From a bacterium (lineage in GTDB: Bacteria; UBA8248), in NCBI GenBank assembly GCA_965261085.1, contig OZ253442.1:32001-96000 (forward strand): 64,000 nt of DNA, in the 5' to 3' direction. Shown here one piece after another: positions 9,065 to 18,148 of the stretch (the stretch's first letter is position 1; each line of letters opens with the position of its first letter). The notes under the pieces were generated by a model, which worked only from the letters and a program-made list of their open reading frames with translations, made no database searches and had not been told where the DNA came from. Position numbers and translations under genes: made by a program.

Positions 9065-9559
9065 ATGAATAAAATGGACATCACGCCGCAAGCCTGTTGC
9101 GAAGGGGCAGCACTCGAGACCCACGGCCTCGGCGCGCGTCTTCACGTAGCGCTCGATAATCTCTTTCATCAGAAAAAACCCGCCGACAGAGAGGCGGTGT
9201 GCCGCCACGACATCACCAACAACCAGTGGACGCTCCTTCACATGCTCGCCCATGCGGAAACGGGGCCCCTGCCCATGGGGGTGATCGCCAGGCGAATGCG
9301 CCTCACCCCGAGCGGCGTGACGCGCTGCGCGGACCCACTCGTCGATAGCGGGCTCATCGAGCGCTGCATGAAAGAAGGAGACCGCCGCGTGTGCTGCCTG
9401 GGATTGAGCGAGGCGGGCGCCGCGCTCCACGGGACCATATCGGAAGGCTGCGCGCTCGAGGACGGCGCGCTTCTGGACGCTTTCTCCCCCGAGGAGCAAG
9501 AAGAGATCGTCCGCGCGATAGAAAAACTCGCGCGCGCCGCCAAGGAGTCCTCGTCATGA
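9065..9559 (+). CDS. Cys-rich MarR-family transcriptional regulator
   Basis: ITNNQWTLL...LTPSGVTR..DPLVDSGLIER...DRR wHTH pattern; CC pairs. Confidence 0.85.
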   Translation: MNKMDITPQACCEGAALETHGLGARLHVALDNLFHQKKPADREAVCRHDITNNQWTLLHMLAHAETGPLPMGVIARRMRLTPSGVTRCADPLVDSGLIERCMKEGDRRVCCLGLSEAGAALHGTISEGCALEDGALLDAFSPEEQEEIVRAIEKLARAAKESSS

Positions 9560-10653
9560 TCACCGAAGCGAAAACAGTCCAGGCGGTTGATAACGCTACA
9601 CCGCCCGCGGACGAGGCCTCCTGCTGTGCGCCCAAGCCGAAATCCAGATGGACCTCCCCCTACCTGTGGGGTTTCATCTCGATAGGCGCTCTGCTGCTGC
9701 TCATTCTGTGGGCGGGGGCGGGCCGGGAGATTTCCGCCGGCCTCATCACCGCCGAGATCAAGCGAAACCTCCTCTTCATGCTGAAGAGCTTCTGGGGCAT
9801 TGCGCCCTTTTTTCTCTTGAGTGTGGGGGTCTCGGCCTGGGTCACCGTCGCCGGATACGCGGATAAAATAAAAGCGGTGTTCAGCAAGCGCCAGGGTCTC
9901 GCCATCGGCGGCGCGGCGGGGGTGGGCGCGGTGGTTCCTTTTTGCTCTTGCGGCGTGATTCCCCTGATCGCCGCCATGCTCGCAAGCGGCGTACCCCTGG
10001 GTCCCGTAATGGCCTTCTGGATAAGCTCGCCCCTGATGAGCCCCGAGAAATTCGTGCTGACCGCAGGCGTTCTGGGGACGGATTACGCCTTCGCGCGGCT
10101 CATCAGCGCCATCGTCCTGGGAGCGGGCGCCGGATACGCCACATATCTCATCGGGCGCGGCGGAAGGCTCGATGGTCAACTCAGGGCCACCATCGCGCCG
10201 AGTGCGCCCAAAGCCCACGATGAGAACCGAATAAAGGGGCCGTCTTTGAGCGGCTTCACCGCCCAGGCGTGGAGCGTGGGCTTTTATCTCTCCAAGTGGC
10301 TGGCCGTGGCGTTTTTCTTAGAAGCGCTGATCGTCCACTACGTCGACCCGGCGTGGATAGGCGCGATACTCGGGGCGGATAACCCCTGGTCGATTCCCCT
10401 GGCGAGCGCGGTGGGCATCCCGCTCTACACCTCGGGCGTCGCCGCCATCCCCATCACCAAGGGGCTCCTCGCCGCAGGCATGGGCAGCGGTGCGGCCATG
10501 GCCTTTCTCATCGCGGGTCCCGCCACGTGCATACCCGCCATGGCCGGCGTGTGGGCGCTGGTGAAGCGAAAAATCTTCGCCATCTACCTCGCCACCGGCA
10601 TCCTGGGGTCACTGGTTGCGGGATACGCATTTCAGCTTCTCATCCGGCCATAA
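9556..10653 (+). CDS. DUF318/ArsP-family permease
   Basis: PFCSCG...FWISSPLM and GIPLY...AFLIAGPAT motifs; many TM helices; ATGA overlap with the MarR stop. Confidence 0.85.
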   Translation: MITEAKTVQAVDNATPPADEASCCAPKPKSRWTSPYLWGFISIGALLLLILWAGAGREISAGLITAEIKRNLLFMLKSFWGIAPFFLLSVGVSAWVTVAGYADKIKAVFSKRQGLAIGGAAGVGAVVPFCSCGVIPLIAAMLASGVPLGPVMAFWISSPLMSPEKFVLTAGVLGTDYAFARLISAIVLGAGAGYATYLIGRGGRLDGQLRATIAPSAPKAHDENRIKGPSLSGFTAQAWSVGFYLSKWLAVAFFLEALIVHYVDPAWIGAILGADNPWSIPLASAVGIPLYTSGVAAIPITKGLLAAGMGSGAAMAFLIAGPATCIPAMAGVWALVKRKIFAIYLATGILGSLVAGYAFQLLIRP

Positions 10654-10682
10654 GGCTTAAGGCCGCTCATCGGTGATATCCT

Positions 10683-10720
10683 GCCCGGCGCCTGTTTTCC
10701 ACCTCAGGCGCCGGGCTTTT
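10683..10720 (+). terminator. Rho-independent terminator
   Basis: GCCCGGCGCCTG-loop-CAGGCGCCGGGC-TTTT. Confidence 0.75.
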
Positions 10721-10879
10721 CTGGTTCCTGAACCTGGAGTTTGCGGGACGACATCCGCTTCAGCCTATAATCGTTTCCCGAAAGACGCCCGGCCCCTCGA
10801 CAAGATGCGCGCCCAGTCGTAATCTCCCGTAAAATTCTACAAATACCCTCATACCGGAAACACACGGGAGACATATTAC

Positions 10880-11737
10880 ATGCCGATATCCCCTCACGCC
10901 GCCGAATACGCAGAACCCAGCCGCATGCGCGTGGGCTACGTCATCACCACGCCCGAGGTGCGCTCGCCCCTGATGCCGGGCGTGCGCGGGGATTTCGGTG
11001 AGAACCTCGCCGTGCTGAAAGAACTGGGCTACGACACGCTCGAAGTCGCCATGCGCGACCCAGGCGACCCCGACGCGCAGGGGGTGGAGGCGGAAATCGC
11101 CCGCTCGGGCCTCTCGGTGACGATGATAGGCTCGGCCCCCAGCGAGCTTCAGGACGGGGTGGTGATGTGCCACCCCGACGCGCAAATCCGCGAGGTGGGC
11201 GACGCCCGTCTGCGCGCCCTCATCGATGCGGGCGAGAAACTGGGCGCGCTCGGCGTGAACATCGGCCGGTTTCGCGGCACGTGCATTCCCGGCGAGATGT
11301 GGGAGACCTCGAACGCCTGGATGCGCGACGCCATGCGCGCGGGTGCGGACTACGCCGCAAAGCGCGGCATGAAAATCTACATCGAGCCCTACAACCGCTA
11401 CGAGACGAACTTCATCAACACCGTGCGCCAGGGGATGGAATACGTGAAGGCCGAAAACCACGCGGGCCTCGCCCTGATGATAGACAGCTGCTGGATGAAT
11501 TCGGAGGACGCCTCCATACCCGGGGCCATCTTCGCCGCGCGCGAGTGGATAGAATACGTGCACGTGGCCGATTCCACGCGCGGCTATCCGGGTTCGGGCC
11601 ACATCCACTTCGGCGACTTCATCCGCGCGCTGAGGGAAATCGGCTACGAGGGCGTGCTCTCGGTGCAGATCGACCAGAAGCCCGCCTTCCGCATCGCTGC
11701 GGAGCGGAGCATCACGCTGCTCAGGTGTTATTTGTAG
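10880..11737 (+). CDS. Sugar phosphate isomerase/epimerase (xylose-isomerase-like TIM barrel)
   Basis: IEPYNRYETNFINT, YVHVADSTRGYPGSGHIHF motifs. Confidence 0.85.
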   Translation: MPISPHAAEYAEPSRMRVGYVITTPEVRSPLMPGVRGDFGENLAVLKELGYDTLEVAMRDPGDPDAQGVEAEIARSGLSVTMIGSAPSELQDGVVMCHPDAQIREVGDARLRALIDAGEKLGALGVNIGRFRGTCIPGEMWETSNAWMRDAMRAGADYAAKRGMKIYIEPYNRYETNFINTVRQGMEYVKAENHAGLALMIDSCWMNSEDASIPGAIFAAREWIEYVHVADSTRGYPGSGHIHFGDFIRALREIGYEGVLSVQIDQKPAFRIAAERSITLLRCYL

Positions 11738-11768
11738 GGGCGGGTGATCGGGGCTCCACCAGTATAGT

Positions 11769-12086
11769 CTACATCGCGCGCGGCAATGCGGCCCGAGGCG
11801 GGAGACCCTCCCTCGTGGGCAGAAGGCGAATAGCATCGCCTGATTCCCCCTCGGCGCGGGCAAGTTCGAAATGCGCTTGCAGATTGAGCCAGAACTCGGG
11901 CTCGACGCCGAACCAGTGGCCCAAGCGCAGAGCCGTATCGCCGGTGATAGAGCGCTTGGCGTTGATGATCTGGCTCACACGGTTGGGTGGCACGCCAATC
12001 TGGCGCGAGAATTCCGTAGGCGTGATCCCGAGTTCCGCCAATTCGTCCTTCAATATCTCACCGGGGTGCACGGCTCGCTTCAACAT
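11769..12086 (-). CDS. higA: HigA-family antitoxin (HTH)
   Basis: HPGEILKDEL...KRSITGDTALRL...FWLNLQ. Confidence 0.9.
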   Translation of the reverse strand: MLKRAVHPGEILKDELAELGITPTEFSRQIGVPPNRVSQIINAKRSITGDTALRLGHWFGVEPEFWLNLQAHFELARAEGESGDAIRLLPTREGLPPRAALPRAM

Positions 12087-12099
12087 CTCATCTTCCCTC

Positions 12100-12126
12100 T
12101 CATGAATGATAGTCCACTATCTCGAC
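12100..12126 (-). pseudogene. higB: Relic 3' end of higB toxin
   Basis: GTC GAG ATA GTG GAC TAT CAT TCA TGA = VEIVDYHS*, the typical HigB C-terminus, directly upstream of higA. Confidence 0.7.
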
Positions 12127-12127
12127 C

Positions 12128-12592
12128 CTACTTCCCGCACTCCCCGCGCGCGAGCTTGGTGGCGATGTGGCCCGGAAAGGCGGGGAAGATCTCGATCACC
12201 CTCTTGTCTTTCACCTCGCGCACGACGACGGTGTGCGAGTACCTTCTGGACAGGAAAAACCCGGTGAGGCGAAAGCGGCCGAAGGACTGCCAGGTGAGGA
12301 TGAAGGGATAAGTGATGGATTTTTTCTTATTAAAAGGCCGCGAGATGCGAAGCTCCCCCTCGCCGCCGATGGGGTAGGCCAGTTTCTTGAACCCGCCCTT
12401 TTTCCGCTCCACGAGCCAGATAGCCAGATCCCGCTTTCCCTCGGGCAGCGTGATGCGCACCTTCTGCTCGACCTTGTAGCCGTTCAGGATCGTGTAGCTC
12501 ACTTCGCAGTTCAGCACTCTCTCCAAGTTCGTCTCGGCGCTTGCGCCGAGACACGAGGCGAGCAGCACGAAAACACAGATGATGCGCTTCAT
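12128..12592 (-). CDS. Hypothetical secreted basic protein
   Basis: MKRIICVFVLLASCLGASA signal peptide; GAGG RBS; no recognised domain. Confidence 0.65.
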   Translation of the reverse strand: MKRIICVFVLLASCLGASAETNLERVLNCEVSYTILNGYKVEQKVRITLPEGKRDLAIWLVERKKGGFKKLAYPIGGEGELRISRPFNKKKSITYPFILTWQSFGRFRLTGFFLSRRYSHTVVVREVKDKRVIEIFPAFPGHIATKLARGECGK

Positions 12593-12721
12593 CCGAAAAC
12601 CTCAGGAATGGAAGGGTCGCATACGACGGCGAACGTATTATGGATGATTCGAGCAGGTGATTTCCAGCGGGGACGGTCGGAGGCGCTTCCATCAAACACG
12701 GAAAACTTATCCCCCCAACAA

Positions 12722-12755
12722 AAAACCGCCCCGAGCCGGAACCCGGGGCGGTTTT
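12722..12755. terminator. Bidirectional rho-independent terminator
   Basis: AAAACCGCCCCG-loop-CGGGGCGGTTTT. Confidence 0.75.
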
Positions 12756-12770
12756 ATTCTGCGGCGTTAT

Positions 12771-13448
12771 TCAGCCGTTCCTGTTCGGATCCAGTGCGTC
12801 GGGTTCGGGGTATTCGTTCGGCCAGTGGTCCACCATCGTCTTGTAGTAGGTCTTGACCTTCCCGCCGTCGAGATGCAGGGATTTCTTGATCTTGTCGACC
12901 TCTCGCTGTTCTTCGAGCGGGATGCCGAGCGAATCCATGTAGCGGTTGAAGAGGTTGAAAAGCCCGCTCACCATCGTGAGTTCGACGATCTCGGCTTCCG
13001 AGAAATGCTTCCTCACCTCCTCGAACACGTCGTCTCTCGAACGCGCGGTGTTGAGCGTCACATGCTCCGCCCACAGGATGGCCGCCTTCTCGCGCGGGGT
13101 GAACAAATCCGATGCCATGTAGCCGTCCGTGCCGATGACTTCCACTTGTTCTACAGTGATGCCCGCCGCTTGACCAAGCGACGTGTTGTGCGTGTATCAG
13201 TAGGCGCACCCGTTGAGATGGCTCGTCTTGATGACCACCATCTCCTTTATCTTCGTCTTGAGCAGGCTGCCCCCGCCCTCGCGCTGGAGCGTCGCTATGA
13301 AGGGCAGCATGGCCTTGGCGACATGGGGGGTTTTGGCCAGCACCCGCATCGAATGCGGGACGCGGCCCAGCATGGCGGTGGTGGCCTCGTAGAAGCGGGC
13401 CACGTCGGCATCCGCCTCCTCGGGCTGAATCATCTCTATTCTGGACAT
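12771..13448 (-). CDS. AhpD/carboxymuconolactone-decarboxylase-family selenoprotein (UGA=Sec at 13197-13199)
   Basis: ORFs 13197..13472 and 12771..13145 are in frame and joined through one TGA: ...TSHLNGCAY-U-YTHNTSLG... (CxxU in place of CxxC). C-half FTPREKAAILWAEHVT...FSEAEIVELT completes the fold. Confidence 0.85.
13164..13199 (-). promoter_or_regulatory. Putative bacterial SECIS element
   Basis: UGA, 13 nt, then stem CGUCGCUU / loop GGUC / AAGCGGCG; G-initiated apical loop 21 nt after UGA. Confidence 0.7.
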
Positions 13449-13557
13449 ATCAGAACTCCCCTGTCTGCGCATCCAATAATAAAATAGACGCCTTGTTCAT
13501 CATCGGCTCCAGCCGCCGGGCGGCGGCGAACAGCCGAATCCTCATAAATTTTCCCCA

Positions 13558-14160
13558 TTATGACCCATCCGCCGCCTCCCGGGCCAGCCACGCGCGAAAC
13601 TCCGCGAGCGCGAGACCCCGGTGGCTGATGCGGTTTTTGAGGTCGAGCGGAAGCTCAGAAACGGCGCAGCCGTGCTCGGGCAGATACATGAGCGGGTCGT
13701 AGCCGAAACCGCCCTCCCCGCGCGGTGCGCGAAGTATCCGCCCGCCCAGCACACCCTCGAAAAAACCGAACCAACCGTCGGGCTTCACGTAGGCCAGTAC
13801 GCAGGCGTATCGCGCGCCACGCTCGGCTTCGGGTACTTCGCGCATTTTTTCGAGCAAGAGCGCGTTCCGCCCCGAATCGTCCAGCCCGTTTCCGCCGAAG
13901 CGCGCGGAGCGGACGCCCAATTCACCGGGCAGCGCATCCACCTCCACGCCCGAATCATCCGCGAGGGCGGGGAGGCGGCTCGCCTCGCATGCGGCCCGCG
14001 CCTTGATGAGCGCGTTTTCCGCGTAGGTGGAGCCGGTCTCTTCGACGTCGAATTCGATGCCCGCCTCATGTGGGAGCAGCAGTTCGACGCCCATGCCCAG
14101 GAGAGCGGCGCGCACCTCGCGCGCCTTTCCGGGATTTCCACTCGCGAGAACGATCTTCAT
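13558..14160 (-). CDS. rdgB: Non-canonical purine NTP pyrophosphatase (RdgB/HAM1)
   Basis: MKIVLASGNPGK, ENALIKA, ADDSG, GFGYDP, SHRG; start overlaps the rph stop. Confidence 0.95.
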   Translation of the reverse strand: MKIVLASGNPGKAREVRAALLGMGVELLLPHEAGIEFDVEETGSTYAENALIKARAACEASRLPALADDSGVEVDALPGELGVRSARFGGNGLDDSGRNALLLEKMREVPEAERGARYACVLAYVKPDGWFGFFEGVLGGRILRAPRGEGGFGYDPLMYLPEHGCAVSELPLDLKNRISHRGLALAEFRAWLAREAADGS

Positions 14161-14894
14161 TTCGCGCCGATATACGCGGCCTGAACTTCCAGAAGCTCCC
14201 CGATGCCTTTTTCCGCCAGGGCGATCAAGCGGTTCAGATCGCTTTTGCGAAACGGTGTCTGCTCGGCCGTTCCCTGAAGCTCCACGAAACGGCCCCCGGC
14301 GGTCATCGCGACGTTCATGTCCACCTCGGCGGTCGAGTCCTCCGAATAATTCAGATCCAGCATGGGGACGCCCCCGACCACGCCGACGCTCACGGCGGCT
14401 ACCGCCTCGCGGATGGGTGATTTGGCGATGCGCCCATCTGCGAGCATGGCGTTCACCGCGCGCGCCAGGGCCACGTAGCCTCCCGTGATGGCGGCGCACC
14501 GCGTTCCGCCGTCCGCCTGAATCACGTCGCAATCGATGTAAATCGTGATCCCCTCTATTTTCGAGAGGTCGACTATCGAGCGCATCGAACGCCCGATCAG
14601 GCGCTGTATCTCCTGGCTGCGGCCCGCGCGCGCGCGTTTTCTGTCCACGCGCCAGGGCGAGCTGCCCGGCAGCATGGCGTATTCCGCCGTCACCCATCCC
14701 TCGCCCGAATCGCGCTTGTGGGGCGGGACACGCTCCTCCACCGAGGCGGTGCACAAAACCCGGGTATCACCCACGGCGATGAGGCAACTCCCCGCGCAGG
14801 TTTTCACGTAATCGGCCTCGACGCTTACTTTTCGGTTCTCATCGTGAAGCCTCCCGTCCGCGCGCACCTCATCGCCCATTCCTTTCCTTGCCAT
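14157..14894 (-). CDS. rph: Ribonuclease PH
   Basis: GWVTAEYAMLP, GRSQEIQRLIGRS, DVIQADGGTRCA, ELQGTAE. Alternative start 14879. Confidence 0.95.
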   Translation of the reverse strand: MARKGMGDEVRADGRLHDENRKVSVEADYVKTCAGSCLIAVGDTRVLCTASVEERVPPHKRDSGEGWVTAEYAMLPGSSPWRVDRKRARAGRSQEIQRLIGRSMRSIVDLSKIEGITIYIDCDVIQADGGTRCAAITGGYVALARAVNAMLADGRIAKSPIREAVAAVSVGVVGGVPMLDLNYSEDSTAEVDMNVAMTAGGRFVELQGTAEQTPFRKSDLNRLIALAEKGIGELLEVQAAYIGAK

Positions 14895-14994
14895 GCTCTC
14901 TCCTATCGAAAATGAACCTCGCGTCCAAACGCAGGGGATACTACGGGGATTTCATAGGTAAATCCAGAGAAGAAGAGCCGGGCCGGCGAACGGG

Positions 14995-17900
14995 CTATGC
15001 CTCTGCGGCGGGTGCGGTGTATTTCGTCTCGCGGAGACCCACGGCGCGCCTTAAGGAGCTCACAAAATTCTGGGCCGCGAGATAGATACAAGGCACCAGG
15101 AAAAGCGTGAACAGGGTGGAAAGCGAGAGCCCGCTCAAAACGACGAGTCCCAAGGGTTTCAACATCTCGGAGCCTTTGCCCCAGCCGCTCGCCAGGGGCG
15201 TCAGCGCAATGACGGTGGTGAGCGTGGTCATGAGAATGGGGCGCAGCCTCGTCGACGCGCCCTTGATGATGGCTTCTCTGATGTCCATGCCGCGTTCTCT
15301 CAAGCGTTCGACGTAGTCGATCATCACGATGGAGTTGTTCACCACGATGCCCACGAGGAGGATGACGCCGATGAGCACCGTCGAGCCGAAAGGAGTGCCG
15401 GTGAGATAAAGACCCACAAGCGCGCCCGTGAGTGCGGGCGGCACGGCGAAGATGATGACGAAAGGGTTCACGAGCGAGTCGTACTGAACGGCCAGCACCG
15501 TATAAACGAGGAAAAGCGCCAGCAAAGCCAGGATGAGCAGTTCGCGGTTTGATTTCTTCAGGTTCTCCTCATCCTCGCCGGGCAGGATGAAGTAGCCCCT
15601 CGGCACGTCGACTTCTTTTAAGCGCGCGCGCACGTCCGCTCCCACATCGCCCAGGGAGCGGCCCTGGATGTCGCCCGTTATCTGGATGATGCGGTTCTGA
15701 TCCGTGCGGACGATGACCGAACTGCCCTGCCCGTAGCGAATGCCCGCCACGTGATGGAGGCGCGTGGAGCGTCCGTCCCGGGGAAACAGGGGCAATTGCG
15801 CCAAATCCTGCTCGCTCGTGATCTCGGTGTCGGAGAACTTCACGCGCACGGGCACGCGCGTATCCACCCTGTTGATGAACGTGGCTATCGACCCATCGAC
15901 CGCCGTGGCCACGGTATCGCCCACGTCCTCGACCGAGAGGCCGAGTTCAGCCGCGCGCTCCCTGTTCACCTGAATACGGAACTCAGGCCTCGGCCTGTCC
16001 TCGTTCATCTGCACGTTGTGTAGCCCCGCCACACCCTGTAGCTTCTCCACGACCTCTTCGGCGATGCGGTTGAGGGTGGGCAAATCCTCGCCCCGGACAC
16101 CCAGGGAGAAACTCTTGTTGTGCCGCGTGTTGGAGGTGCGCAGGCCCCGCACACGGCTCTTGAAGGCGTAAATGCGCGCGTCGGGGTACGTCATGCGCGC
16201 GAGCCGGGGCCTGAGCTTCTTCAGGTAGCCGAACACGCTCACGTCTTCTTTGAGCGTCACGTCGATTCTCCCCCGGGAGGCGGAGGGCGAGAAATTCCTG
16301 CCGAAAAGACGCCCCCCCGCAGTGGCGAACACCTTGTCGACGGCGGGGTCGCGCACGAGCATGTCGTGAATCTCGCGCGTCACCTTTTTCGTGTAATCGA
16401 GGGTGCCGCCCGGGGAGAAGCGAATGTCCACCGAGATGCGCCCATCATCCACCTGGGGCAGGAGTTCGTTGCCCAGCTTGTCGACGAGCGTGTAGCTGCT
16501 CGCGCAGACGGCCAGGGCGACGATGATGACCACCCACCTGAGCTTGAGCACGGGCCGCAGGAGGTAGCGATACACCCGGTGAACCAGATCGACGAGCCAG
16601 CCGAAGAGGCGGAAGAGCGGAAAGCGGCTGAAACCGCTGCTCATCGGTATCTGCAGGAGCCGGGCGGAGAGCATGGCCACGACAGTGAGGCCGACCAGGA
16701 GGCTGCATATGAACGCCAGCGTGATGGTGAGTATCAACTCGCGGAACAGGAGCGCCACGTAGCCCGAGATGAGCAGAAACGGCATCACGGCGGCCACGTT
16801 CGTGAGCGTGGAGGCCACCATGGCGCTTTCCACCTCTGAGGAGCCGCTCTCCGCCGCCTCCACGGGGTCGCCTCCTTCCGCCTGATGGCGCGAGATGTTC
16901 TCGAGCATGACGATGGCGTTGTCCACGAGCATCCCGACGCCGAGCGCCACCCCTCCCAGGCTGAATATGTTGAAGGTGAAGCCCAGCATCCACATCAGGA
17001 AAAACGTGAAGACCGAAGCGACCGGGATCGCCAGGCCGATGATCAGCGTGCGCCTGAGACTCCCCAGGAAGCAAAGCACCACCAGTATCGCCAGCGCACC
17101 GCCCACCAGGGCGGAGGAGAGGACGCTCTTGATCGAGGCGCGGATGAAGAAACTCTGGTCTGAAATCGGAACGAGGTTGATGTCGGGCGGCACGATGCCG
17201 TAGCGCTTCAGGAAAGCGAGTCTATCCTTCAAGCCGTCCACGACGGAGACCGTGTTGGCGTCGGGCTGTTTCAGGGCCACCATCTTGACGCTCTCATCGC
17301 CGTTCAGCCACACGAAGATGCGCCGCTCCTTGCCGCCGTCCTGAATTTTTGCGAAATCACGCAAGTAAACCCGGCGGCCATCCTTGGTGGGGAAGATCAG
17401 GCGTGAAAGTTCGCCCGCGTTTTTGAGCTTGCCCGCCGTTCGGCTCGAATACTCGCGCTGGGCGGTCTTTATCCGTCCGGCGGCGAGGTCCATATTCTCG
17501 GCGCGCATCCTTCGCAAGACCGCCGGGAGGTCGAGTCCCAGACCCTGCATCCTCAGCAAATCGACGAGTACCTGCACCTCTTCGTCCTGGCCGCCGAACG
17601 CCTCCACCGAGGCGATGCCGGGGACGGTCATGAGCTGGGGGATGAGCACCTTGCGCGCCCAGGTCTGAAGCTGCGGGCCTTTCAGGGTTTTAGACGACAG
17701 GGCGTATTCGATGATGGGCACCTGCGCCGGGTCGGACTTGAATATCCGGGTGTTCTGAAGCTGGTCCTGTATCTCTTGGGGCAAGTTTCTTCTGGCGACG
17801 TTGAATTTGGTGATGGCGTCCTGAAGCGCCAGATCGATGTCGCGCTTGAAGTCGAAGAACATCCACAGGCGCGCTGCGCCCTCGCGGCTGATCGAGAAAA

Positions 17901-18135
17901 TGCGCACCACCCCCTGGGTGGTCGCGAGTTCGCGCTCCACCACCTTGGTGACCTGCTCCTCGACCACTTTGGGGTCGGCTCCCTCGAAATCTATGCCGAT
18001 GAATATCCGGGGATAGATGATTCTGGGCAGAAAATCGACCGGCAGCCGCGTGAGCGCGAAAAAGCCGAGCACCAGCGCGCACACCACGCCCATGATGGTT
18101 CCCACGGGCCTTCGGATGCAGCTTCGGCTCAGCAT
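14995..18135 (-). CDS. RND efflux transporter permease (AcrB/AcrD/AcrF family)
   Basis: 1046 aa; GMLVDNAIVMLENI, GIVVNNSIVMID, RLRPILMTTLTT. Confidence 0.95.
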   Translation of the reverse strand: MLSRSCIRRPVGTIMGVVCALVLGFFALTRLPVDFLPRIIYPRIFIGIDFEGADPKVVEEQVTKVVERELATTQGVVRIFSISREGAARLWMFFDFKRDIDLALQDAITKFNVARRNLPQEIQDQLQNTRIFKSDPAQVPIIEYALSSKTLKGPQLQTWARKVLIPQLMTVPGIASVEAFGGQDEEVQVLVDLLRMQGLGLDLPAVLRRMRAENMDLAAGRIKTAQREYSSRTAGKLKNAGELSRLIFPTKDGRRVYLRDFAKIQDGGKERRIFVWLNGDESVKMVALKQPDANTVSVVDGLKDRLAFLKRYGIVPPDINLVPISDQSFFIRASIKSVLSSALVGGALAILVVLCFLGSLRRTLIIGLAIPVASVFTFFLMWMLGFTFNIFSLGGVALGVGMLVDNAIVMLENISRHQAEGGDPVEAAESGSSEVESAMVASTLTNVAAVMPFLLISGYVALLFRELILTITLAFICSLLVGLTVVAMLSARLLQIPMSSGFSRFPLFRLFGWLVDLVHRVYRYLLRPVLKLRWVVIIVALAVCASSYTLVDKLGNELLPQVDDGRISVDIRFSPGGTLDYTKKVTREIHDMLVRDPAVDKVFATAGGRLFGRNFSPSASRGRIDVTLKEDVSVFGYLKKLRPRLARMTYPDARIYAFKSRVRGLRTSNTRHNKSFSLGVRGEDLPTLNRIAEEVVEKLQGVAGLHNVQMNEDRPRPEFRIQVNRERAAELGLSVEDVGDTVATAVDGSIATFINRVDTRVPVRVKFSDTEITSEQDLAQLPLFPRDGRSTRLHHVAGIRYGQGSSVIVRTDQNRIIQITGDIQGRSLGDVGADVRARLKEVDVPRGYFILPGEDEENLKKSNRELLILALLALFLVYTVLAVQYDSLVNPFVIIFAVPPALTGALVGLYLTGTPFGSTVLIGVILLVGIVVNNSIVMIDYVERLRERGMDIREAIIKGASTRLRPILMTTLTTVIALTPLASGWGKGSEMLKPLGLVVLSGLSLSTLFTLFLVPCIYLAAQNFVSSLRRAVGLRETKYTAPAAEA

Positions 18136-18148
18136 AATGGCGCTCCTC

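Noticed and set aside
12771-13472. Two separate small genes or a nonsense pseudogene
   Set aside because: The TGA sits at a conserved catalytic Cys position and is followed by a SECIS-like hairpin.
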